Shown: positions 1 to 12,814, numbered from the stretch's first letter. The stretch is DNA of 64,000 nucleotides from Eledone cirrhosa (GCA_964016885.1 OZ024761.1:9672001-9736000), one strand, 5' to 3'. The notes: a model not told the origin generated them from the sequence alone. Numbers and translations are program-made.

Positions 1-19
1 TCCATGGGACGAGTTAGGT

Positions 20-166
20 AGAAGTGGTTGCACAACAGTTAGTTCACCATACCGAGAACAATTGTTTCACCTTATTTCAACTGTTTCTCCCATTACGAGC
101 TGAGGATCCGCTAAGGTGAAACAATTGTTCTCGGTTTGGTGAACTAACTGTTGTGTCACCACTTTT
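20..166 (+). mobile_element. Fold-back fragment of a Penelope-like terminal repeat (pLTR)
   Basis: ~55-bp inverted arms (20-74 / 112-166); the right arm overlaps a hammerhead motif; abuts a (CT)n tract. Confidence 0.6.
96..133 (+). ncRNA. Minimal type I hammerhead ribozyme motif
   Basis: cgag-CTGAGGA-tccgctaaggt-GAAA-caattg-TT-ctcg: 4-bp stem I, palindromic stem III ACAATTGT, weak stem II. Confidence 0.65.
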
Positions 167-186
167 CTCTCTCTCTCTCTCTCTCT

Positions 187-217
<31 letters not shown>
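166..217. repeat. (CT)n(GA)n palindromic microsatellite
   Basis: CT tract switches to GA tract at ctcgag; same arrangement at 1512-1604. Confidence 0.95.
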
Positions 218-220
<3 letters not shown>

Positions 221-1182
221 TACCCTGGCTTAAACCACGAGCAAGATGGTAGGATAACACCTATGAGCTCGGCTGCGACTCAACTGGATCAATTGGAGAC
301 TGTTGCTTCCGACAGGCTTCATTGAGCACAGTACAATGCGCCTTGGGTAAGTGAAGTGTTGATTTTAGTGGTCGTGTTTCTATTGTATTGAGATTACACT
401 TCATAACACGGGGTATACCTTGCAAAGCTATTTTCTGTACGCTGTATATGTTTGTAAGTCTTGGGTGGGTTTGCTACAATGTGTGTGCGTGTGTCTGTCT
501 GTATGTGTGTGTGCGCTAGTGTGTGTGTGTGTGTGTTATTCCCAGAGCACCTATTATTATAGGGGTTGTTTCTGTTTTCGTCATCCACATTCGGCTTATT
601 TCTATCTCTAGATCTTTATATTATTGTTATTATTATTGTTATTATTATTGTTATTATTATTATTATCATCATATCAATGCATTAACCACTTCCGGTTGGG
701 CCGACAAGGAGTTTGTCTACCACCCAGCGTTTAAGAAAACATTAAGCCAACTGCTGATATTGCGGTCGATCGTAAACGTTTTGTAATAGGGTGTTGGGGT
801 GGGGGTGGGTGGGGGGTAGGGCGTGGTGTTGTGTGGAGGTGGGGGTAGGGTGTGGTGGTGGGAGGAGAAAACAAAAAAACAAAATGTGTTCTGTCATCTT
901 GAAACAATAAACAAGGGAGAGAGAGAAGGACAGGGAGAGAGAGAGAAGGGGATGGAGAGAGAAGGGGGGGGAGAAGGGGAAGAGAGAGAGAAGAGGATAG
1001 AGAGAGAGAGAGAGAGAGAAGAGGGAGAGAGAGAAAGAGGAAAGAGAGAAAGAGGAAAGAGAGAGAGAGGGAAGGGAGAAGGGTAGAGGGAAAGGTTGCA
1101 ACGACCAGGGTATATATATATATATATACATATATATACACACATATGTATATATATACATATACATATACATATAGATATA

Positions 1183-1285
1183 TAGGGCGTCCCCCCCAAA
1201 ATATACACACTTTTCAACAGCTTTATAATAAATATTGCCAGCTGTACAGGTAATCAAAGTGTATACATTTTTTGTGGACACCCTG
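1183..1285. mobile_element. Tc1/mariner-type MITE
   Basis: Imperfect ~30-bp TIRs (tagggcgtccccccaaaatatacacactt / aagtgtatacattttttgtggacaccctg) in TA context; same family as 8146-8223. Confidence 0.7.
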
Positions 1286-1319
1286 TGTGTATGCGCGCGC
1301 GCGTGTGTGTATACGTACA

Positions 1320-1365
<46 letters not shown>

Positions 1366-1403
1366 CAAGGACGATTTGTTAAGCCTTCATTACGTTTATT
1401 ATT

Positions 1404-1491
1404 GGTGACGCACGTTTCACTATTGATCAGCTCAAGGTTCCATCTGTATCGATCTGGCCCCCTAACTCTGGAATCAAAAGCTTGTCGGACC
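1404..1491 (-). ncRNA. Decayed hammerhead motif
   Basis: Minus strand ggt-CCGACAA(core mutated from CTGACGA)-gcttttgat...atcaatagt-GAAAC-gtgc-GTC-acc. Confidence 0.45.
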
Positions 1492-1508
1492 TCTGCTGTT
1501 GTAATGGA

Positions 1509-1606
<98 letters not shown>

Positions 1607-2160
1607 CAGAGAGATGTAAAATCCCGACCACGGTAACCAAGCGATTTCAGCAAGCTTTATCGAGAGCGTAGTGACTGCCACCAACGCCACCGCCCCCACC
1701 ACCACCACCACTAGCACCCCCTCCCCCCTCCCCCATACCACCACCACAAACAACGCCACCACCACCACTAACACCGCCACCACCAATACCACCGCCACCA
1801 CCGCCAGCACTACCCCCCCCCATACCATCACCACCACCGACGCCACTATCATTACCACTACAATTATCACAATCTCAACAAAACCGCAATCATTTCCGCC
1901 GCCGCCATCATTACACTGACAACGGCCGGCACTTCTTCCCCTCACCACCACCACCACCACCAGCAGCACTAACACCCCCCAATACCACCACCGCCACCAC
2001 AATCACCAGAGAAATGGGATGAGTACCTTCCCAGCTGACATGAAATCCTTGAAGTACTTATCTCAGGGGTGTGTGTGTGTATACGCGTGTGTGTTAATTT
2101 CACACACACATTTATGTATATACATACACATGTATGTATATACATACATATATATATATA

Positions 2161-2355
2161 TAGGAACAAGTATGACCCCGACGGCAGCGCTCAAGCCGTT
2201 TTGACGGCTAATTAGTCCAGAATTAGCCGTCGAAACGGCTTGAGCTCTGCCGTCGGGGTCATCATACTTGTTCCTATTACCCACTCTACTACCCTTAGTA
2301 TTGAGTACTCTGGTGCGTTATGGTCCATCTGTTCCTTACTACATTTCCTTCGTTA
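2161..2355 (+). mobile_element. Short hairpin-headed interspersed element (family F, probable Penelope-like derivative)
   Basis: ~115-bp hairpin followed by a constant ~75-bp tail attacccactctactaccc...ccttcgtt; TA-flanked; further copies at 6213, 7117 (partial), 7697, 43325, 48290. Confidence 0.75.
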
Positions 2356-2370
2356 CATATATATATTAAT

Positions 2371-2557
2371 ATAGAAGAGCTTATACAGGACTAGAACTGT
2401 TTCATTCGTGAGAAATCATCAGGAGCTTTCTGGTGATTTCTCACGAATGAAACAGTTCTAGTCCTGTAGAAGCTCTTCTATGTTAAAACATTTATACTCT
2501 GCTATGTATTGAGCACCTTACTTACTGTTGTTACCTCCGATTCAACCCGGAATAACG

Positions 2558-2560
<3 letters not shown>
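2371..2560 (+). mobile_element. Fold-back element with hammerhead-like core
   Basis: Inverted arms 2371-2422 / 2430-2481; CTGATGA(or CTGGTGA)-tttctcacgaat-GAAAC in each arm; ~80-bp unpaired tail; stem I unconvincing. Confidence 0.55.
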
Positions 2561-2615
<55 letters not shown>

Positions 2616-2719
2616 AAGAGCAGATTAAAGTTTAAGCAAATAATTGCTGCTTTCACCCTTAACGGTATATTCCTTATGGAGCCCTCTTCGGATTTTAGTC
2701 TTCAAATTTATTATTATTG

Positions 2720-2752
<33 letters not shown>

Positions 2753-2789
2753 ATATATAAGAACAAAAGATGGTTAAAAGAGTTCCATA

Positions 2790-2860
2790 TATTTTATTAT
2801 GCGCATTTCAAAAACAAATATCATCATGCAATAATATTTGTGTTTTCATCAGATAAAATA
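2790..2860 (-). ncRNA. Minimal type I hammerhead ribozyme motif
   Basis: Minus strand tattttat-CTGATGA-(long stem II aaacacaaatattatt/tgatgatatttgttttt)-GAAA-tgcgca-TA-ataaaata; 8-bp stem I, palindrome ATGCGCAT. Confidence 0.8.
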
Positions 2861-3024
2861 GGAAGACATGATATGAAGGTTAAAAAACACTTGTGGATAG
2901 TGCAGTTTTAAATCAACATATATATATATATATATATATCAGAGGTATATATTGAGTTAGAAACTCAAAATAGTCTCTTACAATTAAATAGCTCAAAGAA
3001 AAAGGCTTTTCTGAGCCGTGTAAC

Positions 3025-3207
3025 ATAATTGAATATAAAAGGGAGATAAACACAGATATATACATATATGTGTTCAAATGGTAAGGGACCAGATTCGCTA
3101 GGGTGACTAAATACTAACTATGGACAATAGGGTTTGCCAGACTCAATGGTCCTTAAGATTTGAACATATATATGTTTATATCTGTGTTTATCTCTTTTAT
3201 ATTCAAT

Positions 3208-3210
<3 letters not shown>
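3025..3210. repeat. Inverted repeat / MITE-like fold-back
   Basis: ~65-bp imperfect arms 3025-3091 and 3147-3210 around a ~55-bp spacer. Confidence 0.7.
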
Positions 3211-3238
<28 letters not shown>

Positions 3239-3248
3239 ATGTATGTGT

Positions 3249-3333
<85 letters not shown>

Positions 3334-3967
3334 CGTGTACAGACAGAGATAAACGCGTGTCAACGAATTTCCTTCCTCCCCTTCTAAATGTTTCTTGTTA
3401 AATTTTTTCTGAAGTCATGACATGATGTAACATGGTGTAACATGATGTAACATGGTGTAACATGATGTAACATGATGTAACATGGTAAATGTAGTGAATA
3501 GGTAGTTATAGAGGGGCGGCGGCATAGGGCGTGTTTGGGTGACAGATGACAGCGTTCGGTGGGAGAGAGAGAGAGGGAGGTGGGTGGAGAGTGGGAGAGA
3601 GAGGTGAATGGATAGTGAGTGAGAGAGAGAGGTGGGAGGATAGTGGGAGAGTGGATAGTGGGAGAGAGGTGGGAGGATAGTGGGCGAGTGGATAGTGGGA
3701 GATAGAGAGAGGTGGGAAGATAGTGGGTGAGTGGATAGTGGGAGATAGAGAGATGTGGGAGGAGAGTGGGTGAGAGAGAGAGGTGGGAAGATAGTGGGTG
3801 AGAGGATAGTGGGTGAGAGAGAGAGGTGGGTGAGAGGATAGTGGGTGAATGAGAGAGGTGGGAGGTGGGCGAACCCGTCTGTCGGAGGACGGTGTTGGTG
3901 TTGAGCAGGATTATACTCCTATAGTCTCCTTCATTTTGAACATGTAGTTTAGTTATCGTATTCCTGT

Positions 3968-4620
3968 TTGTGGTGGTGGTGGTGGTGGTGGTGGAGTGGT
4001 GGGGGGGGGGGGCTGGTGGAGATGGTGGTGGTTAGAGCTGGTGTTCGTTGCTTGGTGGTGGTCGTGAGGGTGGTGGTGGTGGAGTGGTGGTGGTGGAGTT
4101 GTGGTGGTGGAGAGGTGGTGGTGGTGGTGAGAGCTGGTGTTCGTTGCTTGGTGGTGGTGGTGTTGTTGGTGGTCGTGGGGGTGGTGGTGGTGGAGTGGTG
4201 GTGGTGTTGGAGTGGCGGTGGTGGAGTGGTGGTGTTGTTGATCGTGAGGGTCGTGGAGTGGTGGTGGAGGAGAGCTGGTGGTGTTGTTATTGATCGTGAG
4301 GGTGGTGGTGGTGGAGTGGTGGTGGTGTTGGAGTGGCGGTGGTGGAGTGGTGGTGTTGTTGATCGTGAGGGTGGTGGAGTGGTGGTGGAGGAGAGCTGGT
4401 GGTGTTGTTATTGATCGTGAGGGTGGTGGTGGTGGAGTGGTGGTGGTGTTGGAGTGGCGGTGGTGGAGTGGTGGTGTTGTTGATCGTGAGGGTGGTGGAG
4501 TGGTGGTGGAGGAGAGCTGGTGGTGGTGGTGATGAGAGCTGGTGTTCATTGCTTCTTGATGGTGGTGGGGATGGTGGGGTTGGTTTTGGTGGTGGCGGTG
4601 ATGTTGATGTTGGTGGTGTC
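3968..4620. repeat. GGT-rich complex minisatellite
   Basis: Recurring ggtggtggagtggtgg / gatcgtgagggt / gagagctggt modules. Confidence 0.9.
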
Positions 4621-4730
4621 GTGTCTTTCTGTGTTTCGGTATGATGTGGGTGATCTTGCGCTTTAACTACACACACACATATATATACATAGATATGTGT
4701 GTGTGTGTGTGTGTGTGCGTGCGTGCGTGC

Positions 4731-4777
<47 letters not shown>

Positions 4778-4782
4778 TGTGC

Positions 4783-4837
<55 letters not shown>

Positions 4838-4977
4838 TGTGTGTGTGATATGGCAAGAGATTCAAATTCCGATAAGAAAGGCCTAGAACGCAGACAAAGA
4901 AACTAAGAACTTCATGAAATTCCATACACTCGTGTGTGCATATATATATATATATATATACACACACATATATACTG

Positions 4978-5019
<42 letters not shown>

Positions 5020-5045
5020 TATACTGTATATATATATATCCACAC

Positions 5046-5112
<67 letters not shown>

Positions 5113-5573
5113 TATATACACACATATATATACGCACACACACACACATATATATACACACACACACACATATACACACATATATATACACACACACACA
5201 TATGCACACACACATATATATATATATATATATACATACATATATATATATATACGCACACATATATATATATATGTATATATATATAGGGAGAGTTATA
5301 GAATCCCCATCAAATTATCTTTTCTATTGGTTACTTTGGAACCAATGGGGATGACCAGAACGAAACGGACTCCAGTCATGGATCTTTTCATGTTTCATAC
5401 TAAAAAAGAAATATCGGTGTCTGTTGATTTATTGGCTGCTATTTCTAGCAAAGTTAAGAATCATCACAGGGTTGGTAGGGTTTCATGGTAGTTGGATATA
5501 TAATATATCTTGTGGTTACTGTTGTTGTTTGTGAAGGCCGTGGTTGTTTTCAACTTACTGATTTGTACTAGTC

Positions 5574-6132
5574 ACATTGACTGATAGTATTTGGTCCTAG
5601 TACTAGTATCTGTTAACATTGACTGATAGTATTTGGTCCTAGTACTAGTATCTGTTAACATTGACTGATAGTATTTGGTCCTAGTACTAGTATCTGTTAA
5701 CATTGACTGATAGTATTTGGTCCTAGTACTAGTATCTATTAACATTGACTGATAGTATTTGGTCCTAGTACTAGTATCTGTTAACATTGACTGATAGTAT
5801 TTGGTCCTAGTACTAGTATCTGTTAACATTGACTGATAGTATTTGGTCCTAGTACTAGTATCTGTTAACATTGACTGATAGTATTTGGTCCTAGTACTAG
5901 TATCTATTAACATTGACTGATAGTATTTGGTCCTAGTACTAGTATCTATTAACATTGACTGATAGTATTTGGTCCTAGTACTAGTATCTGTTAACATTGA
6001 CTGATAGTATTTGGTCCTAGTACTAGTATCTGTTAACATTGACTGATAGTATTTGGTCCTAGTACTAGTATCTGTTAACAGTGACTGATAGTATTTGGTC
6101 CTAGTACTAGTATCTGTTAACAGTGACTGACT
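5574..6132. repeat. 42-bp tandem repeat, ~13 copies
   Basis: Unit acattgactgatagtatttggtcctagtactagtatctgtta, near-identical copies, internal palindrome ctagtactag. Confidence 0.95.
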
Positions 6133-6141
6133 ATATATACA

Positions 6142-6212
<71 letters not shown>

Positions 6213-6216
<4 letters not shown>

Positions 6217-6535
6217 AAATGTTTAACCCCGATGGCAGAGCTCAAGCCGTTTCGACAGCTATTTCTGGACGTCCAGAATTAGCCGTCGAAACGGCTTGAG
6301 CTCTGCCGTCGGGGTTAAACATTTTCCTATTACCCACTCTACTACCCTAAGTATTGAGTACTCTGGTGCGTTATGGTCCATCTGGTTCCTTACTACACTT
6401 CCTTCGTTGGGTGTCCTTTTACATCAAGGATCACAGGCCTCGCGTACCAGAACTGAACAAAATCTGATTCACCGTCTTGGGTCCTATTCCCCTCTTGGAC
6501 TCAACTCACCACCCCAATTTCTCTAATACCCCGTC
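6213..6535 (+). mobile_element. Family F copy joined to a GIY-YIG C-terminal coding remnant
   Basis: Hairpin + tail as at 2161, then ...RTRTEQNLIHRLGSYSPLGLN...stop (6526), matching the E..I..L....P.GLN end of Penelope-like GIY-YIG endonucleases. Confidence 0.65.
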
Positions 6536-6549
6536 CATTGTTAATAATT

Positions 6550-6690
6550 GTTTCTACGTTTGGCACAAGGCCAGCAATTACCCAGTGCATTACTGGTACT
6601 TTATTTTATCGACTCCGTAAGGATGAAAGGCAAAGTTAACCTCGGCGGGATTTGAACTCAGAATGGAAAGGGCTGTAACTCTTTGCGTCA
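6550..6690 (-). mobile_element. SINE (family with gcctttcatccttacggggtcgataaaata central domain)
   Basis: Multi-copy in window (also 8310, 8500, 44360, 44970, 46195); B-box-like gttcaaatcc on the element strand. Confidence 0.75.
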
Positions 6691-6937
6691 AATTATTAAT
6701 AATAACACGCACACACACACACACCCCACACACACACAAACTCATGCTTACGCACGTGCTCAAGTATAGCTCTTTTTACAAACAAACCGGGTTTTTTTCC
6801 ATTTCAAGTAGACGCGCGCCATCATCCACTTTTCTAAAAAACAGATCATACACAAAACGCCTACACCAACAGTTTTACAAGAGATGTCAACATGAATGAA
6901 CCTATTATTTTTTTTATCTAAAGACACTTTTTCCAAT

Positions 6938-7105
6938 TCCATCCCGCCCGTCCCTTTAATCTATTTTATTTCTCATTCTTTCTTCTGATGAAGGAATAGC
7001 GTCCGAAAAGTTAAGACACTCTTCCTGCTATATCAAGCGTTAACCTAATATATACCTTCTATATACTGTACCGATTGTGTTGTTATTTCTGTTTACCTTT
7101 TCCCA
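6938..7105 (+). mobile_element. Penelope-like terminal-repeat fragment (family G)
   Basis: Homologous to 13721-13858 (+) and 13965-14132 (-); contains a hammerhead; ends in TA tract. Confidence 0.7.
6981..7016 (+). ncRNA. Minimal type I hammerhead motif
   Basis: tctt-CTGATGA-aggaatagcgtcc-GAAA-ag-TT-aaga (C>A change relative to GAAACGTT of the 14051 copy). Confidence 0.65.
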
Positions 7106-7206
7106 TATATATATATAGGAAAAGAGTCAGGACCCCGACGGCTGGGTTAAGGCCGTTTAGACAGCTAGATCCGAACTGATCTAGCTGTCGAAACCGCCGG
7201 AGATAA

Positions 7207-7243
<37 letters not shown>

Positions 7244-7323
7244 GTAATAATAATAAAGTTTCAGAAGATCCCGTTAAGGGTGAAAGCAGCGATTCTTTGC
7301 TTAAACTTTAATCTGTTATTTTA

Positions 7324-7425
<102 letters not shown>

Positions 7426-7426
7426 A

Positions 7427-7642
7427 TGAGAGTGTGCTAAAAGGTTCCCGGCTTAGTTGTTGCTATAGAGGCCTGGGTAGAGGCCCAATTTTCCGAGTTC
7501 TTTTTACAGACTTTAGAAAAACTGAAGGACCGCTGCAGTAAGTTTGTGAATCTGAGAGGGAAAAATGTTGAATAAAATCATAATTAACTGATCGTCCTAT
7601 ATTTTCTTTTACTCAAACCCAGGAACTTTTCAACACCACCTC

Positions 7643-7643
<1 letters not shown>
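7427..7643 (+). mobile_element. Internally deleted mariner element
   Basis: Decayed TIRs (tgagagtgtgctaaaaggttcccgg / ccaggaacttttcaacaccacctcg) enclosing mariner transposase C-terminus LEKLKDRCSKFVNLRGKNVE*. Confidence 0.75.
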
Positions 7644-7696
<53 letters not shown>

Positions 7697-7698
<2 letters not shown>

Positions 7699-7890
7699 CA
7701 AAGGAATTGTGGTAAGATACCAGGTGGTCCATATTGCACCAGAGTACTCGATACTTAGGGTAGTAGAGTGGGTAATAGGAAAAGAGTTAGGACCCCGACG
7801 GCTGAGCTCCGGCTGTTTCGACAGCTAGACCCGAACTAGCTGTCGAAACGGTCGGAGCTCAGCCGTCGGGGATCATGACTCTTTTCCTAT
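7697..7890 (-). mobile_element. Family F copy
   Basis: Reverse-complement match to 2161-2355, TA-flanked on both sides. Confidence 0.75.
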
Positions 7891-8145
7891 ATATATATAT
7901 ATATATATATATAGATATGTGTGTGCGTGTGTGTGTATGTGTGTGTGTGCGTGTGTGTGTGTGTGTGCCTGTACAAGACCGTCAGTCAGACTGCTATACC
8001 AACACAAGATGTGAAGGGCATTTTGCCAGACGTGATGACTTTTAGGTTAAATACATCTGTAGGCTAGATACAACACTTCCTGGCTACATGCTTTCGGTGC
8101 AATTATACGTACGTGCATATACACTCATATATATATATATATATA

Positions 8146-8223
8146 CAGGGTGTCCCCCAAAAATGTATACACACTTCAACATCATTCTAATGAATATGTG
8201 TATACACTTTTGGGGGCACACTG
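8146..8223. mobile_element. Tc1/mariner-type MITE (78 bp)
   Basis: TIRs cagggtgtcccccaaaaatgtatacaca / tgtgtatacacttttgggggcacactg, TA on both sides. Confidence 0.75.
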
Positions 8224-8309
8224 TATATGTGTATGTATATATACACACACATCCGTATGTGGTTGATGGTTGAGAGTAAAGAGGATCTATACCGAATCTT
8301 ATAAAATTT

Positions 8310-8665
8310 CTACTTTTGGCACAAGGCCAGCAAATATCCCAGTGTATTACTGGTACTTTATTTTTATCGACCCCGTAAGGATGAAAGGCAAATATAACCT
8401 CAAAGAGATTTGAATTCAGAACGTAAAGAGCCATAACTCTATGCTGCAAAGCATGGTGTCTGACGCTCTATCGTTAGAAAGGTGGTTGATTGGCAGTATC
8501 GGTAGAGGGTCGTACGCTATGCTTTGCAGCATGGAGTTACGGGCCTTTACGATCTGTGTTCAAATCCCGTCGAGTTTAACTTTGCCTTTCATCCTTACGG
8601 GGTCGATAAAATACAGTACCAGTAATGCACTGGGGTAATTGCTGGCCTTGTGCCAAAAGTTGAAA
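8310..8665. mobile_element. Two SINE copies head-to-head in opposite orientation
   Basis: 8310-8480 (-) and 8500-8665 (+), same family as 6550. Confidence 0.7.
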
Positions 8666-8714
8666 AATTATTAATATAATAATTATATTTTTCTAGAGAG
8701 TTCCTTCAAATTTG

Positions 8715-8962
8715 ATATAGCTTAGGTCCCTAGCAGATTAAAGTCCGGCTCTACTTACAATCATAAAGCTTAAGGCCTGAGTAAGATGAAAGCCCGGCTC
8801 TGCTTACATTTATCTAGCTTAAGGCCCTAGCAGATGAGAGCCCGGCTCTGCCTACCTTTATATAGCTTAGGGACCTAGCAGATGAGAGCCCGGCTCTGCC
8901 TACCTTTATATAGCTTAGGGACCGGGCAGATAAAAGCTCGGCTCTGCTTATATTCATATAGC
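8715..8962. repeat. 48-bp tandem repeat, ~5 diverged copies
   Basis: Unit cagatgagagcccggctctgcctacctttatatagcttagggacctag. Confidence 0.85.
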
Positions 8963-9113
8963 GGCAGTGCTGTACTTAGGAAGTGGTCAAATAAGAGCCA
9001 TAGCACTGGGGTTTGCAGTTGGCAACCTTTTATCATCAGAGCCAACCACGAACGTCTGCCAGAGTGTAAACTCTGGTCAAATTCTTGCTATGCCGTTCCA
9101 GTACATATGAAAT

Positions 9114-9163
<50 letters not shown>

Positions 9164-9236
9164 CTATCCAGGAAGCTCCAACCGTTAAGGTTGTTTTTTT
9201 CTGGGTATGTCAATATTTGTTTATAAAACAAATCTG

Positions 9237-9302
9237 TATTTTATCTGATGAAAGCGCACCATAATTTGTCTTGGTTGTCCTTGAAATATGTATAATAAAA
9301 TA
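9237..9302 (+). ncRNA. Minimal type I hammerhead motif in a Penelope-like pLTR fragment (family H)
   Basis: tattttat-CTGATGA-aagcgcacca...tggttgtcctt-GAAA-tatgta-TA-ataaaata; flanks match the pLTR at 54681-54900. Confidence 0.75.
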
Positions 9303-9340
9303 AATATGGTTTTATAAATATAGTTTCCGTTTATTAATAT

Positions 9341-9394
<54 letters not shown>

Positions 9395-9455
9395 CATATA
9401 TACATACATATATATATATATACACATACATATATATATATATACACATACATAT

Positions 9456-9510
<55 letters not shown>

Positions 9511-9585
9511 TACATATATACATACATATATATATATACATACATATAAATACATACATATATATATATACATACATATATATAT

Positions 9586-9628
<43 letters not shown>

Positions 9629-9725
9629 CATATATATATATATATACATACATATATATATATATATACATACATATATATATATACATACATATATATA
9701 TATATATACATACATATATATATAT

Positions 9726-9804
<79 letters not shown>

Positions 9805-9875
9805 TACATATATATATATATACACACATATATATATATATACACACATATATATACATACATATATATATATAT

Positions 9876-9916
<41 letters not shown>

Positions 9917-9942
9917 CATATATATATATATACATACATATA

Positions 9943-9997
<55 letters not shown>

Positions 9998-10056
9998 ACA
10001 CACATATATATATACACACATATATATATATACACATATATATATATGTGTGTATA

Positions 10057-11747
10057 TATCGGACATAACGTTTGGCGCCCCTGATGTCTTGGCGGCAATA
10101 AAGGAAATCAAGCATAATTCAGCAGTAGGTCCCGATAGGTTCCCTGCTTGTGTCTTGAAGGCGTGTCAACACCAACTTGCATCTCCTCTTGCCAATCTGT
10201 GGCGGAACTCACTGGATGCTGGATATGAGCCAGAAAACCTTCTATCCCAGTCTGTTGTCCCAGTTTTCAAAAAGGGAAACAAATCCCTTGCCGTGAATTA
10301 CCGTCCAATCTCACTCACCTCTCATATCATTAAGGTATTTGAGCGAGTGGTGAGATCGCGAATGACCCACTTCCTTGAGAGTAACAATATGCTGAACTCC
10401 AACCAGCATGGATTCCGTAATGGAAGGGATTGCCTGACGCAGCTACTGCATCACTTTGATGACATTTTGAGAGCCTTGGGAGAGGGTTCCAACACTGATG
10501 TTATCTACCTTGATTTCAGCAAGGCCTTTGACAGGGTTGATCATAACATTCTACTGAGAAAGCTGTCCAATATTGGTGTCACTGGAAAGCTGCTGCAGTG
10601 GATCAAGAGCTTCCTGTCAAACAGAACCCAACATGTTGTAGTTGAGGGAGTCAAATCAAGCCCAGCCAAAGTCAGTAGTGGGGTCCCACAAGGCACTGTG
10701 TTGGGCCCACTTCTCTTCATCATCTATATTAATGACATCACTGACATCATCAAACACAGCAACATTAAAATTTTCGCTGATGATTCCAAGCTCCAAAAGG
10801 TCATCAATGGCGTGGATGACCGGATAAGCCTTCAGTCAGACCTACTGGCTGTTACCCAATGGGCAGAAAAGAACAACATGTTACTGAACGAAGACAAATT
10901 CGAACTGATCCACTTTGGAAAAGAGGATGCTCTGAAACTCCCGTACTCCCTTCCCTCCGGGGAAACTCTCGTGGCATCTAACAACATCAGAGACTTGGGA
11001 GTAACCGTGGACAGCAACATAAGCTGGACCACGCATATAAGCAGCAAAGTTGACATGGCCCGCAGAATGTGTTCCTGGATCCTCAGAACCTTCCAGTCGA
11101 GAGATTCCCGCACCATTATCCTTCTCTTCTCTACTTTCGCCCGACCACACCTTGAATACTGTTGTCCACTGTGGTCTCCCCACACGAAACAAAGTATCAT
11201 GAAACTTGAAGCTCCTCAAAGGGCAATCACGAAAAAGATAGATGGCATGTCAGACCTTGACTACTGGGGTCGATTAGAAAACCTGAAACTTTACTCACTC
11301 CAACGTCGCCGTGAGCGTTATATTATCTGCATGATGTGGAAAATGTTCCATCATCACTGCCCAAATGATGTTGGCATCGCCTTCAAGATACACCCAAGGC
11401 TTGGGCCCCGTGCTATCCGTCCCATTCAAAAATCTAAATCGCAACTCATAACAACAATACGGCACAATTATTTCACCTCAATCGGCCCTGCTCTCTTCAA
11501 CATCACACCAGGACACGTCAAAACAGAAACTGACCACACAAAATTCAAGAAGTCTTTGGACAAATTCCTCCAAATAATCCCGGACAAACCACCCACACCC
11601 GGATATGTCTCCGCAAACAGTAATTCTCTTCTCGAATGGGCCATGGTGCCCAAATCCTGAATTGAAAGACTTCGCCAGGTGGTGCTATTAAGTTAGACAT
11701 GGCCTGGGCCAATACTGGCCAAAACATTTCAAAGTTATTCAAAGTTA
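10057..11747 (+). mobile_element. 5'-truncated CR1/L2-group LINE, family A copy 1 (RT ORF open to stop at 11660)
   Basis: [37 protein letters not shown] motifs; tail (TTCAAAGTTA)2; ~0.7-kb TA arrays on both sides. Confidence 0.95.
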
Positions 11748-11758
11748 TATATATACAC

Positions 11759-11861
<103 letters not shown>

Positions 11862-12251
11862 CATATATAATATATATATATATAATATATATATATAATA
11901 TATATATATAATATATATATATATACACATACATATATATATATATATATACACATATATATATATACACATATATATATATATATACATATATATAATA
12001 TATATATATATACACATACATATATATATATACATATATATATATACACATACACATATATATACATATATATAATATATATATATACACATACATATAT
12101 ATACATACACATATATATACATATATATAATATATATATATACACATACATATATATACATACACATACATATATATACATATATATATACATATATATA
12201 CACATATATATATATACATATATAAACATATATATATACATATATATACAC

Positions 12252-12282
<31 letters not shown>

Positions 12283-12814
12283 CATGCATATAATATATAT
12301 ATATATATATACATATATATATACATGCATATAATATATATAAATATATACATATATATATACATGCATATAATATATATATATACATATATATATATAC
12401 ATATAGATATATATATACATATATACACATACATATATATATATATATACATATATACACATACATATATATATATATATATGCCTCTGACACACACAAA
12501 TACACTGAATTCCTTCACTTTTCTGACGTCATAGCAACAAACTCACTGCCAGATTAAAAGTTCAAATGGTGGCGTGGTGGTGGTGGTGGTTGATATAGCG
12601 GTGGGTGTGGTGGTGGTGGTGTCGGTGGTTGATGCGGTGGTGGCGGTGGTGGAAATGGTGGAGGTGGTGTTGGTGGCAGCAGTTGATATAGTGGCGGCTG
12701 TAATGGTTGTGATGGTGATGGTGGTGGTGGTGGTGGTGGTGGTGATGGTGATGGTGATGGTGGTTGATATAGCGGTGGGTGTGGTGGTGGTGGGGGTTTG
12801 ATATAGTGGGGGGG

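Noticed and set aside
5574-6132. CRISPR-like array (also 8715-8962, 56885-57459)
   Set aside because: Head-to-tail repeats with no unique spacers, no cas genes, eukaryotic context
7258-7295. cagaaga-tcccgttaagggt-gaaagcagc hammerhead-like string (related sequence at 2640-2710, minus)
   Set aside because: Core and cleavage triplet both non-canonical; at best a dead relic, not listed as a ribozyme
9030-9045. CTGATGA on minus strand (also near 43637-43645)
   Set aside because: No correctly placed GAAA or stems; not a hammerhead
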